Positions 1 through 14,003 of a DNA stretch of 64,000 nt are shown in pieces. Location: the NCBI GenBank assembly GCA_964304625.1, contig OZ199840.1, positions 467,084 through 531,083 on the forward strand, given 5' to 3'. The notes beneath the pieces are model-generated. The model ran no database searches and was not told where the DNA came from. It saw nothing but the letters and a program-made list of their open reading frames with translations. The stretch is from Kudoa neothunni (lineage: Eukaryota > Animalia > Cnidaria). The stretch's first letter is position 1, and each line of letters begins with the position of its first letter. The translations under genes were made by a program, and so were the position numbers.

Positions 1-1219
1 CTCTTGCCGGCCCAAAGAATATTAATTTGAGTAATAAAAATTTATTTTCGCTTATTTTCTTCAATCTCTATATCTTGCTCTATTTATTTGTCTCCCGTAA
101 ACAGTGGTGCATAAATTTTCGGAACCGGCCAAAAATAACATCTAGGGAAACACTTTAACGGGATTTAAATAATTCGGGAATGAAAGAAATACGTCGCTGA
201 ATTTAAATTATTTAGCGTTGGTGCAGAGCCATGAAATTTTTAAATGACCATCAAGATTATTACACTCCTTCGAAGAAATGATCCTAATTTAAATTTTATA
301 ATCCAAATTGTTAAAGTATGTTGATTAAACCTGTTTAGTTATTTTATTTCTTTGGGTAAATTCGAAATTTCAATATATTTTTTGAATTCTATTAAAAAAC
401 GTATCTATGCGAAATCTTCCTCAAGCAACGTTGGGCAGTTCGCGCTAGTAATTATAAATTTTATACACGTGTATAAATTTATTAGTATCTTGGTTTCATT
501 TCAGGATTGCATGTTGTTCTTTAAAACTGAGTAGATACGTTGATTTTAAACTATACGTGTGGCCATTGTACATAAATTAAAAACGATAATAATAACAAAT
601 TTTGTACGCTTTCATTATTAGATTGTTTTAGGATTAAATCAACTCTAATATTTTTCATGAAATAGCTGATAAACCTACGGAATTCATTTCTTCATTAAAA
701 CGGAGCTTAATCGCTGATCAAATTTAAAAATTTTCTAAAACCAATGTAGAAAGTATTTTTATTATATTTAATGTAAATAATGTAACTACGACAAATGGAT
801 AATGAGAGTAACGTGGATGACATTTAAATATTGTTTATAACCAACTGTGAAATTAACTACTGAATAAAAATTAATTTTTTTTGTACATATATCCCTGAGA
901 GTCTAATATCAACGATCAAATTGATGATAAGTTAAATATATATGTTCGGATAGAATCTTAGAGGAATCCGACCAACGACAATCAATTATAATAAAATGAT
1001 TAAATTTTACTTTCTTTCGGTTTATTGAATCAATTGAAATCAATAATTATTGATTAATAATAAACTAAAATATTTATTCTCTAAAATTTGCGAGAAACGT
1101 ATATAATGGTTCGGATGGATTAACTCATTCATTAAATTCTATATTAAATATTAAAATGATGTAATAAACAAATAATTGGCAAGTATAACATATTTGGAAA
1201 TAATCATATATTAGGTTAA

Positions 1220-3776
1220 TCCTCGAATACCTGAGAAAAAAAGTTACAAGAATACCTGAACAGGACCACAATGGTCCTGTGCTATTTCCCTCCGATATAG
1301 TTGGAATCATAGCACTTAACCCATAGATCTAAAGTCATCGACCTTTGTATCTCTATTGTGAGGCAATATATTCTTGGGAACTATTAATTAATGCGCGTGC
1401 CACCAATAACGAAATACTATGAGTAAATTCACATTAAAAATAGGACAAATTAAAAATATACATTGAATGATAATGAAACATTTTATTTTAAAAAACTAAA
1501 ATATTCTATATTCTCATTGATTATTATTTTATATACGTAATAAGATTCTTATATTGATCAAAATTCGCTGCCAGAAATGGGTTATTAATTAATTCAAAAC
1601 ATTTTTGTTAAAAGAAAACTTTATAAATATTTATAAATTCCACTTGGAAACCTTTTAACTAGACTTTAATCAAAGTAACTGAAAATAACTTAAAGTCTCC
1701 TTTTTACCAAACTATCCCTTCTAACGTCAATTTACTTATATAAAAATCATTGTATTTACAAAATATTGAATATTTAAGCTTTTTGTATATGTATATATAT
1801 AGATAAAAATTTAAACGTCTAATAAAAGAAGAAAAAAATTTCAATTATATAATGAATATGTTTAAGTTGCAATGAAATGTATCACATTCTACAATATTAG
1901 TTCAGTGGTTTTCACAAACATATTGTTAGCATTTTGTACAAAATATTCTAATTTTATTCTGTTTACTCATAGAACCAATGCGACACAAACCTCCTCTGGA
2001 AAAATATTCTGTTTTTTGTCTGGATTGATTTGGCAGTATCCTCATCTCCAAGTAACTCTTCAGCAAGCATTTTCAATAATTTTCTTCTTTATTGCTTTTT
2101 ATTAGCTTTATGCAATTGAGAATTTCTATTAATATACAAAAGATAAGCATTGTAAGAAGCTATATTAATTATATCGAAAAAAATTGCCATCGGCCAACGA
2201 CAAATAACTCGCTTGGTGGAATAGCAACGGATAATACGGTATAGAGAATCGGCGCCACCCTTTGTTGAATGTTAATAAATTAAAATTTCAAGCTTTTCGG
2301 TCTCCTTGTTTATCTCAACGTTTCGATGTTGAGGGTTTAAAATAACTACCGATTTGTTTTTCTTCCGGTTGAACTTCACCAGAGTAAATTTTTCCTGAAA
2401 AAGAAATTGGATCTCATTTTCAATACCTTTTGGGACTGGAATTCGGGGACAGGAAATTTTTTATTTTTTCTTACTGTTCCAACAATAGTAGTCTTTTTTG
2501 AAATAAGATACCTTGCAAGAGATAGAGTGCTAAAAAAATTATCTGTAGTTACATTTCGACCTTTGTTTAAGTATGGTTGCATTAGACCTCTCATTACATT
2601 TACGCCTTGGTTATTTGCAACCACTCCATTTTCCTTGCAATGCATATTTTTGAATTGCAGAGATACGCACTTGTTGCATCTTACAACGCCTAGATTTTGA
2701 ATCCATACTTACCAGGCTTCGATGGAATAAACATTTTGAAGGGGCATCGTCCTCTAAATGTTACAAGCTGCTGATCAACAGTTAACTGAGAGGATGTGTT
2801 GTAACCTTACCTGCATGTCTTTATGAAGCTGTCAAAAATATATCTAATTGGCGCTAATTTGACATCGTGATTTCTGGATATCTTCTTTATTATGGATGAT
2901 AGGCCGTATTTTTCACTCCAGGACTCTCTAATCTTCTCGTTCTTCCTTTTCACCACACCAATAAGTATGACTGCATTAAAATAAATGTTGAGTTCTTCCA
3001 AATAAATTTTCTTTATGTTGGGGTTTTCTTGTTTTATGAACATATGCATTATACGATCTTATCAAGTATAAACGAAGTCAAGAAATTATTAAATGCTCCC
3101 AATGGAGTCTGTCCTAAAAGTCTTGCTTCTTTTGAAAATTCTGGTTTCTACTTGTATATATTTCACTGCGTGACTCTCCTTTCAATCCTTGTTGGAGTTC
3201 TGTACCACTTTTCTCAGTCTTTTGGCACGACACAGGAGATTTTTTAATTATCTTCGATACTCAAGTCGCTGTCATTTACACCACAATCATCTTCATTATT
3301 GACCAATTCATTCATGGTTTCGTCTAAATCTTCAGATTCTGTTTCTTTAAATAATACGTCATCAACAGTTACATCTTCAACTTCAAGAAAATTAATTTCT
3401 CTATCAGATCTCGTATGAGACGTTTTCTAGAACACTGATCATGCACCATAAATTTCATTTATACGTTTTAATATTCATAATTTAAATTATAATCCGTTAT
3501 AAAACGTCGTTTCTAGGACTCAGTAATTTTAATGTTTCAAAGGTTGATTAGGTCATTAGTTTCAGGTGGACCACTGTGGTCCCTCTCAGGTATATATGTA
3601 TTTTTTTGTTTTTTCATTTATGTACAAGGCTACCAAGTCTGAAAATCTAATATTTTATTTAGTAAATTTACACAATAAAATAAACGTAATTAAAAATTAA
3701 TTACTTATAATCCTGAAAAAATATTAAAGGTTTTTTCGCTGGTGGACCACAATGATCGACTCCAGGTATTTGAGGG
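1220..3776 (-). mobile_element. piggyBac DNA transposon, degenerate PGBD4-like transposase
   Basis: TTAA at 1216-1219 and 3777-3780. TIRs TCCTCGAATACCTGAG / (rc) CCCTCAAATACCTGGAG, with internal GGACCAC-N-GGTCC subterminal repeats. Minus-strand fragments LTVDQQLVTFRGRCPFKMFIPSKPGKYG, RNVTTDNFF and RWPMAIFFDIINIA match piggyBac DDD motifs; several stops and frameshifts. Confidence 0.9.
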
Positions 3777-4940
3777 TTAAATCCGAGAAATCAATCATGG
3801 ATCATTACTACGCTTAGGTTCAATTCTTTTGTCAATTGGTTTCTTTCACGTGTGATATCATGAGCAGATAGTTCAATTTTTTATCTCAAATAATTCACCC
3901 AATCATATACTAAAGTATCGATGTCGTAATTTGAACACCGTATAAAATTTTTTCTCTCTGAAGAAATCAAGCCAGATTATAAAATTATATCTTTCTTCCT
4001 AATCAAGATAGTATCTAGAGTAGAAATAGATGGGAGTTTAAATTTACGAAAAGTAGAATTTTTAAACTCCTGATTAGTATACTTTCAAAAAAATCAATAA
4101 ATTTATATTTTTGTTTTATTATTTCCTTATTTTTAAATTTTCCAGGCATAAATGTAAAAAAAGCACACAACTAAATCCGAGTATAGCTGAAAAGTTACGG
4201 GAAATCAATTAACGTTAATAATATGAAAAAACTACTTTCGAATTTTCAATTATTAAAAGTTTTGTCAATTATTATTATAACCGATAAATAAAATATATGG
4301 ATAAAATATTAAAATAATATTTTAAGGGAAGAAAGCCTGAAATTACGGGAAATGGGTTACTTACTGTATTTCGTTATTACAGGACACAAACGTTATTTTA
4401 AAAATATAATTTTCTTAAAACAAAAATTATTGTTAATTATTCAATATACATAAGAAATATTCCTTCTTTTAGTTCCTAATTGCTTTCTCAAAACTAAGAA
4501 TTAAGTTGGATGCCTAGGGAGTCAACACAATTAATATCACTTGTAATCAGTAATCATATTTATCATCAATTTTTACATTTTTTATACTATAAATTTTATT
4601 TTTATTAAATATCTACTTATAAAATATATTTACCTATGAAAAGTTATTAAATTACGCAAGGGTGGGTTTGAATAAATAATAGCATGATGAATTTTCCTAG
4701 TTCTTAATAGAGTTAAAAACTTCGATTAATGAAAAAATAGATAAATATTATTCAATGAGAAAACTTTTCCGATTTTACCAATAATTTTACAGACTTAATT
4801 TTAAATCTATTTAAACGCTCATAAAATACAGTAATCTGTATTAAGTTAAAAAATAATATTGGTTAATTTTAATCATTTATAAAATGACTGAAACTGATAC
4901 TAAATCAAATTATTTGCTAACTAGTGTTACCTAAATCGAA

Positions 4941-6512
4941 CTAATTCGGATGGTCATGACTATCCAACAATAATTCTTGTTCCGTTTGGGGATTTGTTTG
5001 TTCCGTATTTACTGGATCAGCTGCCTCAATATCAGTTGTCTTAGTATCAGTTGTCTCAATATCAGCTGCTTCATCATCAGCGAGTTCTGTTTCCAAATCG
5101 GTTGATGTAGTTTCAGAGCTACTTTCAGGAGCTGTAGTAGTAGTCTCGGTTGTAGTTGCTGGGGTAGTTGTTGGTTCGGATAAAGTAACTTCATTTACAC
5201 CTTCAGTGCAAATGTAACTGCAAAGAGCTTCACTTTCAAAGTTGTTTGCATTTCCACCAATTCCAGTATATGCAAACCTTTTACACATCTTTTCTTTATC
5301 ATCATAATACCATCTTGGCAAAGTGCTTGCTTCATTTCCATTACCAGGTTCTTTTGGTTCGCTACATACAGATGGGATATCGGGAAAGGTATTTTCCGTT
5401 TCATCATCGTTAACTTTAAATATTAAATTATATAATTATAAATAATAAAAGAAATATACGAGCAGGGCAGGCACTAATACATTCCCCGGCTGTATCAAAA
5501 TAATTTTTGGTTGAATCAACTTCAATATCAACAGCCAACATTTGCATACAGAATTTATTTGTTGAATTGTAGTAGTATTTGGTTGTTATATGCCCCTCGG
5601 TTGTTGGTTGGTATGGGGCAGATTCACATCTTTTAATTGCTGCTTCATCAGCTAAATTTACATATTAAGTTTATTTAATGAATTTATTTTTATTACCGTG
5701 ACACTTCTTTTGGCATTGAGAAAATGACTCAAAAACACCACGTAATCCTGTTTGTTTGTCTACGATCGCATGGACACATGTGGACTTTTCCTTGTCACGC
5801 ACGATCTTGATTTCTGTTGCAGCAGCATTATTTGAAGTTAAAATGGCACCCACCTCGCAGTCAACCTTGTTAGGTACTTTGTAGGCGTCGTCAGTTGCTA
5901 TTTTCAACTATAAATAGCACAAATGAATAATACATTACTTATGCACGTGCCCTTGCAAGCTTCCTCACTTGGAAATGAGTATTTTGGCTCATTGCATCCT
6001 TTATATTTATATGTGTGACAAGTTCCTGCAGCATCTGTATTAGATCCCTTTTTGAAGTAATATCTGTCGATGGGCGATTTGTTACAAACGTTGAATGAAC
6101 TGTCTCCATTGCTCTGAAGGTCAGTGTTCGAACTAGGGTTTCCTTCAGCCTGGCAAGCACCAACTCGACTCACGTAATCATATTCAACTAAATTATCATA
6201 GAAATATAAAAAAACTATATAATACGTTCTTTGTTGCATTCTTCTAACGACGCAAAATTATTGAAGTTAGATCCCCCGGCTCCTCTGTACGAAAAGCTTT
6301 TGCATGTAGCAGTATCTTTATGAAGGTAATATCTAGTTGGAAAAGATTTTAAATGAATCCTATGATTTTTTGTAGCATCAAAATCATATTTTGTATCTGC
6401 TAAAATTAATATAAATGTGATCACATTCGATTCAACTACCAGCGCTAGTGAGAAAAGAAAGAGGTATGCATGCAGAGATAATACAGATCAAGATTGGTAA
6501 AAAGACTTTCAT
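4941..6512 (-). CDS. Secreted multi-Kunitz (BPTI-like) protein, 5 Kunitz-like domains plus Thr/Glu/Asp-rich tail; 6 exons
   Basis: ATG at 6512 gives signal peptide MKVFLPILICIISACIPLSFLTSA. Five domain exons are flanked by phase-1 GT-AG introns. Last domain CSEPKEPGNGNEASTLPRWYYDDKEKMCKRFAYTGIGGNANNFESEALCSYIC is a clear Kunitz fold; domain 1 has RYYL..TCKSFSYRGAGGSNFNNF..LEEC. Confidence 0.85.
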
Positions 6513-7317
6513 ACTGGAAGTTAACCAAACTTCTAACTAGACCAGGTGGATTAAAATTATACTATAATGCTCGTGAATGAAGTTATTCGATATGCTGACT
6601 TAATGGTTATATCTTTATTGCATACAGTTAATTAATAAACACAAGCAAATCACTATTCATTTCATAGCCAAATAATAAAATTATAGAGGATTATAAATAC
6701 ATGCATTGATCCATTCATTTTTTTAAAATAAACCTATAGTCAAAGGATCGATGTTAATTGAACAAATGTGTTGGCATATTTCCGCAATAATGCCGTTTAA
6801 TAGGATTAATAATCAGGTATATACACATCGAAAGTAATTATTTAACTCAATTAATCTTCGAATATTACATTTTTTAATATAATAAAAAATGTAATTTTAC
6901 AAAACTTGTTAATGAATAACATCCAAAATGCTGGAGCGTAGTAATCTAACTGGATTTATTCGATTTAGTTCGTAAAAAATCGAATTGATGATTGAATATA
7001 TTGTTTTTAGGAAAGTTTGCGTGTGTTACAATATTTTAATATAAAATGATATTTTATTTCGTGGAATGAAATAACTTTGAAATTTTTTTTAATGTGTTAT
7101 TAAACTGGATAGATTATACGCAAACAAATAACAAATTATTTTAGCATGTAGTCTAATAAAAAAATTCTTAAAAGTAGACAAAATTACAGTTAAATAAAAT
7201 TCCACATTCACTATAAACTATATTAACTTTTTACTATAACGTATAATTTATTATAAAAAATTAAAATTTTAAAAATATTCATGTGATAATCAGATTTAAT
7301 ATGTTTTACCTGCAACA

Positions 7318-10249
7318 ATGAAAAAATGCGTAGTTATCAAAGTAATTTGAAATTAGAACTATTTTAATTTATTATTAGATCCTATTAATTATATTATCAA
7401 TTTTTCAAATGTCAAATTCTAGTATATAATCCAATTACATTAATTAAATATTATAAACATTATATAGAACAATACTGCTATAAAGACACAGTTTATTTTA
7501 ACGAAAATACACTGAAGTTAAATGAAATTTTGGTTGGCGAAGTTAAATCAATAGATAGTTCACAGGGTTGCATTTTTATGCACTGTGGTAATCATAAGGG
7601 TGCTATAATCAACCATATTACCTTTGGTACGCTACCCTGCACTAAAGTAAATTAATGGGAGTTCAGCATTTTTAATTGACTTCTAGTATAAGCCTGAAAC
7701 ATTTCATATTAATGAAACAAGAAGTCAAATCATAAACGGAAAAAAGGTGATTGATAATTCACAAGGTAAAGCAGGTTATAAACTGATTTTAATTTTTATA
7801 TAGTCTATTCTCTTCTTTGCAAATTCTTTGGTAATAATCATCTTAATTTTTTGTGATGGTATAAAATTTCATTCCTAAGAAAACAATTTATTTTGGGATT
7901 TTTGATAATAAAATATTAAAAAATTAGATTTAAAGTTCATGCAATCAAATAATTGTTTGGTTTTGGTGGGACAAGCTGAACTGATATCTCTACCAAATAT
8001 GTTAGATAAAGTGAGTATTAAAGTTCTTACAAGTTTGAATATGAATTTAGATTCTAAATAGCTTCCCTCTTGGATCCTATAAATTATCTTCGATGAAGAT
8101 TGAAACAAGTTCTTTTCAATTTATGTAAGATACTAATGAATAAATATTTGTTATACACTATTAATTAGAGTTTCTCCGAGGAGAAGATTATATAGTTAGA
8201 GTGATATGTTTAATTGATACATAGATATGTAGAGGTCGCAATCGGAATAATTATGAATTCTTCAATAACTAGCATCTTTTCTGACTATTTATATAAAAAT
8301 ATTCAACACGAACTTTTCATAAATGATTTTGGAGTATACTTAGTCAATCCAAGTATTTCGAGTTATTAAAAAAATAGAATTCAATAACTTTATAGATAGT
8401 ACAAATAAAATGCCATCAAGGGGACATCACCATAAATTTCACTCAACACTAACAAACGTAAACTATTATTATTATATTAATTAATATATGATGAAAATTA
8501 TATAGAATCAATTATTTCAAAGTTACCTTAATAAAATCAGTCTCAATGAACTGAGCGAATTAATTTATAAAGGAGATTTTTACAATTTGACTCTAAATCT
8601 ACTATCTCATATCCAGGCCGCAGCAGTATTTTTTCTAAATTTGATATCTTTTAAATAATAAATAGATTGAGGAAAAGAGTTTTTTGGCTCTTCAAACTTT
8701 ATTTCGTAAATATGAAAGGAGTTTTCAACGAATGAAGTTATTTCTATAAAAACAAATAGATAAAATTTTGACATTATACTTAGTGATTTGGAACTATATA
8801 GAATAATGAAAAATTATTGGATTCTAAGCCACATTTTTCACTCTAATTATTCGGTCGATTTTTCAAAAATTTATTCTAAAATATCTCCCAAAAATCCCTC
8901 CTCGATTTTATTTGCATCTACTCTACAACTAAAACCCAACAAAAATGTAAAATTCGAACTTCAAAATGACTCTTCTTGCGGTACCACTATAAGTGGTACC
9001 TTTTTAAATCCCAGTTCAAGTGTTACCATGGTTTGTCTGAAACTACAAAACTGTGCCATTGACCTCATTGTGTTTTTTATTGAGAAGCATACCAATTCTA
9101 ACGACTTCCATGTAACCTTCCAATCTGGGAAACAATTAAGACCAACAAAAGCAACTTGTACTTCGTTTAATATACAAGAAAGTATATTAAAGCATTTGAA
9201 ATTCTTATAATTAAAATTTTATCCTAGATAATCCCAAAATGTGGAGCAGTTACCTATGCCCAACAAGAAATTATGCTGGAAAACATCTCGCTAATAGTAT
9301 CACTTGTTTATGCAAAAATAAGTTTTTCTTTTATTCGAGTCAAAATGGATCCATTTACAATAAATTAATTGCAGCTTATCGATGGATATTTGGAATTGTG
9401 TTGCTTTTTCTTCTCTGTTCAGGTATCTATGGCTTTAAAACAAGGTAGTCAATAAATGAATGCATGACATTAACGTTCGTCATAGACCATTTCGATCCAA
9501 CCATTTAAATCGGGCAATATACTCCCATTTTTGTATGAATGTATGGTTAATGGTTGCTATTTTTTTACAAACGTATCCAATGGGCCAAAATAGTTGTTAT
9601 GCGTTTTCTGCAACTGAGTTCATCTTGACACTATCTATTATAATTCATTATGGATTCTCCTTTGTTTATTATATGAATCCGGGATCAATAAAAAAAACGA
9701 GTGTTGAATTATTCCATCTAATTGCATCAATATGTATCAAAATAATTTTGTATAAAATATAAAAACTAATATTCTATTTCAGGTTTACCTCTATGCTGCA
9801 CAGTAGTTATAATTGGAGTTAAACGTTATTTCTTCCAGGCTAACATAATGTACGACTTTAAAGTTTATTATTATTTTATATTTTTTAGGTGCCATATTCA
9901 TCAACGTCAATTTCATTGGGTTGTTATAGCGACAGGATTATCAGTGTTGGTTCTGAGCATTGCTTCATACATATACAACTCTGAAACCTGCCGCTATAGA
10001 CGCTGCTCATTAATATCGTTAATTAGCATAGTGATAATCAATTGTGTGCCCTTGATGGACCAGACCTTCGGTCAAAAATATCAATATCAACTTTATGTAG
10101 GATGTGCAAGGCTATATCTTACACTTTGTCGTGCTTTGTATGTGGCTTGTTTCTCCCTCTTTATACACTATCGAGAACAACTCTATTGGAATGAAGTTGA
10201 TGATGCAAAATTGATGAGGGATTATATGACAGATTCTGTCGTAAATTAA
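7318..10249 (+). CDS. Adhesion/secretin-class GPCR-like protein (signal peptide, ectodomain, GPS-like motif, 7TM); apparent indels in N-terminal exons
   Basis: Spliced start MKKCVVIK|ILLIILSIFQMSNS (signal peptide). GPS-like KATCTSFN..WSSYLC..ITCLC at about 9150-9315 directly precedes serial hydrophobic segments (YRWIFGIVLLFLL; IYSHFCMNVWLMV; SCYAFSATEFILTLSII; FHWVVIATGLSVLVL; RALYVACFSLF). The frame breaks in homopolymer runs near 7847-7925. Confidence 0.65.
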
Positions 10250-10527
10250 TGAATTCATTCCATATTATTTCTTCAAATATTAACAATATCATTTTTTCAT
10301 TTTATAAGTTCAAATTATTCGAAAAATTATAGATCAATCCAAATTTATTATATTAGCATGCTTGTTTAAAAAAATTTTTGCTTATTAACTTTTTCACAAT
10401 ATAAATAATTTAAATAAAACACAATTTTTATTTTTTTAATTAATATTTATTGCGTAAATATTAATCATTAGTTTTATCTATTCGATTTATAAATTAATCT
10501 GATTTTAGATTTGAATAAAGATATTAA

Positions 10528-11150
10528 CCCTTTATGAACCACCTTGGGCTTCATGGGCCCATCTATGCATTAAATGCCACCTTTTTCTGTTTAAATTTTA
10601 ATTTTAAGGCCAAATTTCAAGTATATTCACGAACTTTACCTTTCTTGGGTTTACTCAAATTTTTTAAAATTATGTTATTTAATTTTAATCCCGTTTTGAT
10701 TAATTTAAAGCTGCTGTTAAGAATTTGACGTATTGTTAAATTAGAAATACGCATTTTTGATGTATCTGCATGATTTAAAGCTTATTCGTTTGAAGTGATT
10801 AAAATGTCTTCGGCCTGCGAAAGTATAACATATGGTTAACTTAACAATTTCTTAGAAAATATAAATAAATTAGACGAAAGTTCAGCTGATGAATTAAATA
10901 ATGAGTATATTTTCCCCAAATTCATAATGATGTAATCGATATTTTTTAATCCATAGGATTCAGAAGCCCAAAATAGTCAAAATCGTGACCGCTACAAGGC
11001 GGTCCACGAAAATTTAACGAAAAAAATTAATGCATTATCCAAGTTATATTTAAATTACAATTTATTATTTTTAAATTTAATCTTTTTATATTTCTTTTCT
11101 TTACTTTGGTTAAAATTACCTATGAATTAATATAATTATTGATATAAGAG
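10528..11150. mobile_element. Putative piggyBac-type MITE
   Basis: TTAA-CCCTTTAT at 10524 and ATAAGAG-TTAA at 11151; subterminal GGGCTTCATGGGCCC vs GGATTCAGAAGCCC. Degenerate, no ORF. Confidence 0.4.
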
Positions 11151-11319
11151 TTAATAATAGTTGTGAAGAACAGTCTCGTATTTATGATTTAACGAGAAAT
11201 TTAAACTCCCTCTTTTCAAGCAAATATGATAAGCATCAGAATAATAAATGCATTATACATTACACTATTATTACTATAACTTAATTCAAAATTTTTCGAA
11301 TTGGTCTTCATTCAAGATA

Positions 11320-13928
11320 CAGTCGAACTTGGATATTGTCTAACCGTATATTACGTAATTTCACAAGTTCATTGAAATATAATGGATATTTTAAATTTTT
11401 ACTTAGACTTTGCTTTCATATTATTTAAATTAATGTTAACTCAGCAAGCGAAAATAAAAAGTTTATGTTAAAGAAATATAAATTTAAGTTAGTGTGTTAA
11501 AACTAAAATTTTTCTGCGGCGTAACATTTTGTTCAATTTCATCCTCAATTAACCTTCTTTTTTAATTCTGCCAAACAAAAATGGTAAGGAATCAGCAAAC
11601 AGTGACTGAAAAAAATGAAATAATCGAATACTATAATTCGATAAAATCACTCCAAGGAAATGAGGAATGACTTTTAAACCTCCCAAGCCATCTAGTAATA
11701 TAAAATTATCTAATCCAAATATATATATATATATATATATATTTGAAAGATATTCTACTATTAACTCTCCCCGGACAAAGCGGGTCTATCTATTGTGACC
11801 CCATATTCGGTAAATCTTATTTTTATAAAAAAAAACCTCGTAGACTTCAGTATTAAATTCACTCAATATTAGAAAATGTATGAAACATATTAGAATTTAT
11901 CCAGGAAAAAATGCTTGTATAATTGAACGCATGTTCTCCATACGCCCACACACTTCATGTTATAACTCCATATTAAAATTATCAATAGATAAAAATAAAA
12001 AACGACCAATTATCGAATTTAATATAAATTAAACGTTAAATAAATGTGAAAATTGTACGTTTACCTTTTTCCTATCGAATGTTTACGATGACGTCATAAG
12101 ATTAAATTAAGATTTATCGTCCACATGTATTTTAAACGTTGGAGGTAAACAAAGTATATTATTTCATTTTAGATGATTAATTTAAGCATAAATTTATGTG
12201 TAGGAATGCCATTTGATAATGATAATAATTTTGGGCTAATTTTCAGTATACGTGTACCAATTTCGGGAGGGGACATCTTAACTTATTGGTGAATATTCGC
12301 ACAAGATTTTCAAGGGTCATTATCATTTGCGTTTATAATACAGTTTAGAACTATTTAATAAATATATTGATATCGGCGTAACGTCTAATTCACAGAAATC
12401 ATTGATCCACACAAAAGATCATGACGCGCATTTTGTTAATGAAATATTAATAAAAAATTAATATACTATGCCATATCTACAAGCAACCTATTTTCTCGCC
12501 CCATAGATTCAAAAAAAAACTTTTTTTATTCTCAGACATGTGGTTTAGAAACCGATTGATGTTATCTTTGACAAAATTTTCTTCCGCTTTGGGAAATCCC
12601 GGAATGAATGTGATTTATTTTTAAATAAATCTATTTTCAATTTTCATATTTAATTTGATTAATTTGAATGTACAGACATACTAAAATACTTACAACTATG
12701 ATCCATACTTAACCCTACTTTCAATGTTGTGATTAACGACTTTTCCAGGAAATCATGCCTGATATCTTGTACGGTCGCTTGTGTTCATTTCTTTTCTATA
12801 TTTAATTGAACCACGTTATTTTACCTCCAGAAACTATCAACAATGTAAATACAATAAAACATACATTGGTAACCTAGAATAACAAGCGTTTTGATGTAGA
12901 TGTTTATAATATTTAATGGAAGACTTAATCACATTTTTCTCAATTTTATTCCCTCCAACGCAAACTTCTAATCTGTTTATATAACCATGCGGTGAGTAAT
13001 AATTACAAGAATAACTTTAGGGATCAATTTCACAATAAAATAAGAAAATAATGATAGGGTCAAAAACGACCCCCATGTGCACACACGGTCCTTCGACAGT
13101 TAATAGAATTTTAGTTTCTCAAGATAATATTATTAATTCTATTATTTCGGCTTAAAAAAAGAATAAAAGAAGACAAATACACGGAGTTAGTTAATTTATT
13201 CTATACATGAATTATTAAAATGCGAAATGAAAACAAGGTTTTTCCTGCTTACTTGATTGTCGAAAAGAAAAAAAATATCGCTAAATTCATAGGTATTGAC
13301 AAATTTACTAGAAGTAACAGTTGGTTCGTAGAATTTAAAAATAGATTTAGAATTAAATTTAAAAAAATTTCGCTACGATACGAAGAGTGAAACGTAATAA
13401 ATATTGATAATTCAAAACTAATATAGAAAATCTAGACTTTTTGAACATTATACTTTGATACTACAATATACCAAATTAAACATTGATTAATAGATAATGA
13501 AAACTTATCTCAAAATTAATCTAAAAATAATGTTGAGAATTTCGCAACACTATTTAATTATATATCAAATTTAATTTTTAGATAAAAATATGACGAAATC
13601 AACAATATTGAAGAAGAGGGGTAATACATAAGGAATCAATAGCTTTACCTGATGCGTATGCAACTGATAAATTTCAGGAAAATTTCGATCCAACTTTTGT
13701 TAGAAAACTCAACGGCATTATTTTCAAAATAAATATTTATGGATTTCATATCTGAGATAATCCGAAATTGGTGCAAATAAGTTTAAATTACCGGTTATTT
13801 TAAACCCCGATAAAATTTTGTTTTTTGCACATAACGCACGTTCGTTAATACCCTGTATTGCGTAAAATCTCCCCATTGCGTAATTTATTCCCATTCTCGG
13901 AAAATTACACAATATCCAGGTTCGACTG
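11320..13928 (+). mobile_element. pogo/Tigger (Tc1/mariner superfamily) element, internally deleted
   Basis: TA-flanked TIRs CAGTCGAACTTGGATATTGT / (rc) CAGTCGAACCTGGATATTGT. Remnant MVRNQQTVTEKNEIIEY (11581) and CENP-B-type HTH F..SNSWFVEFKNRFRIK (about 13300-13360); no DDE domain seen. Confidence 0.85.
11765..13099. mobile_element. piggyBac-type non-autonomous element nested in the pogo element
   Basis: TTAA at 11761-11764 and 13100-13103. Imperfect TIRs CTCTCCCCGGAC / (rc) CTGTCGAAGGAC; GGGTC-N-GACCCC subterminal palindromes at both ends. Confidence 0.6.
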
Positions 13929-14003
13929 TATTATGGAAAATGCAAATTAGGTTGTCAATTTATTCATAAATATAATAACTTATATTATTAATAACGCTAT
14001 AAA

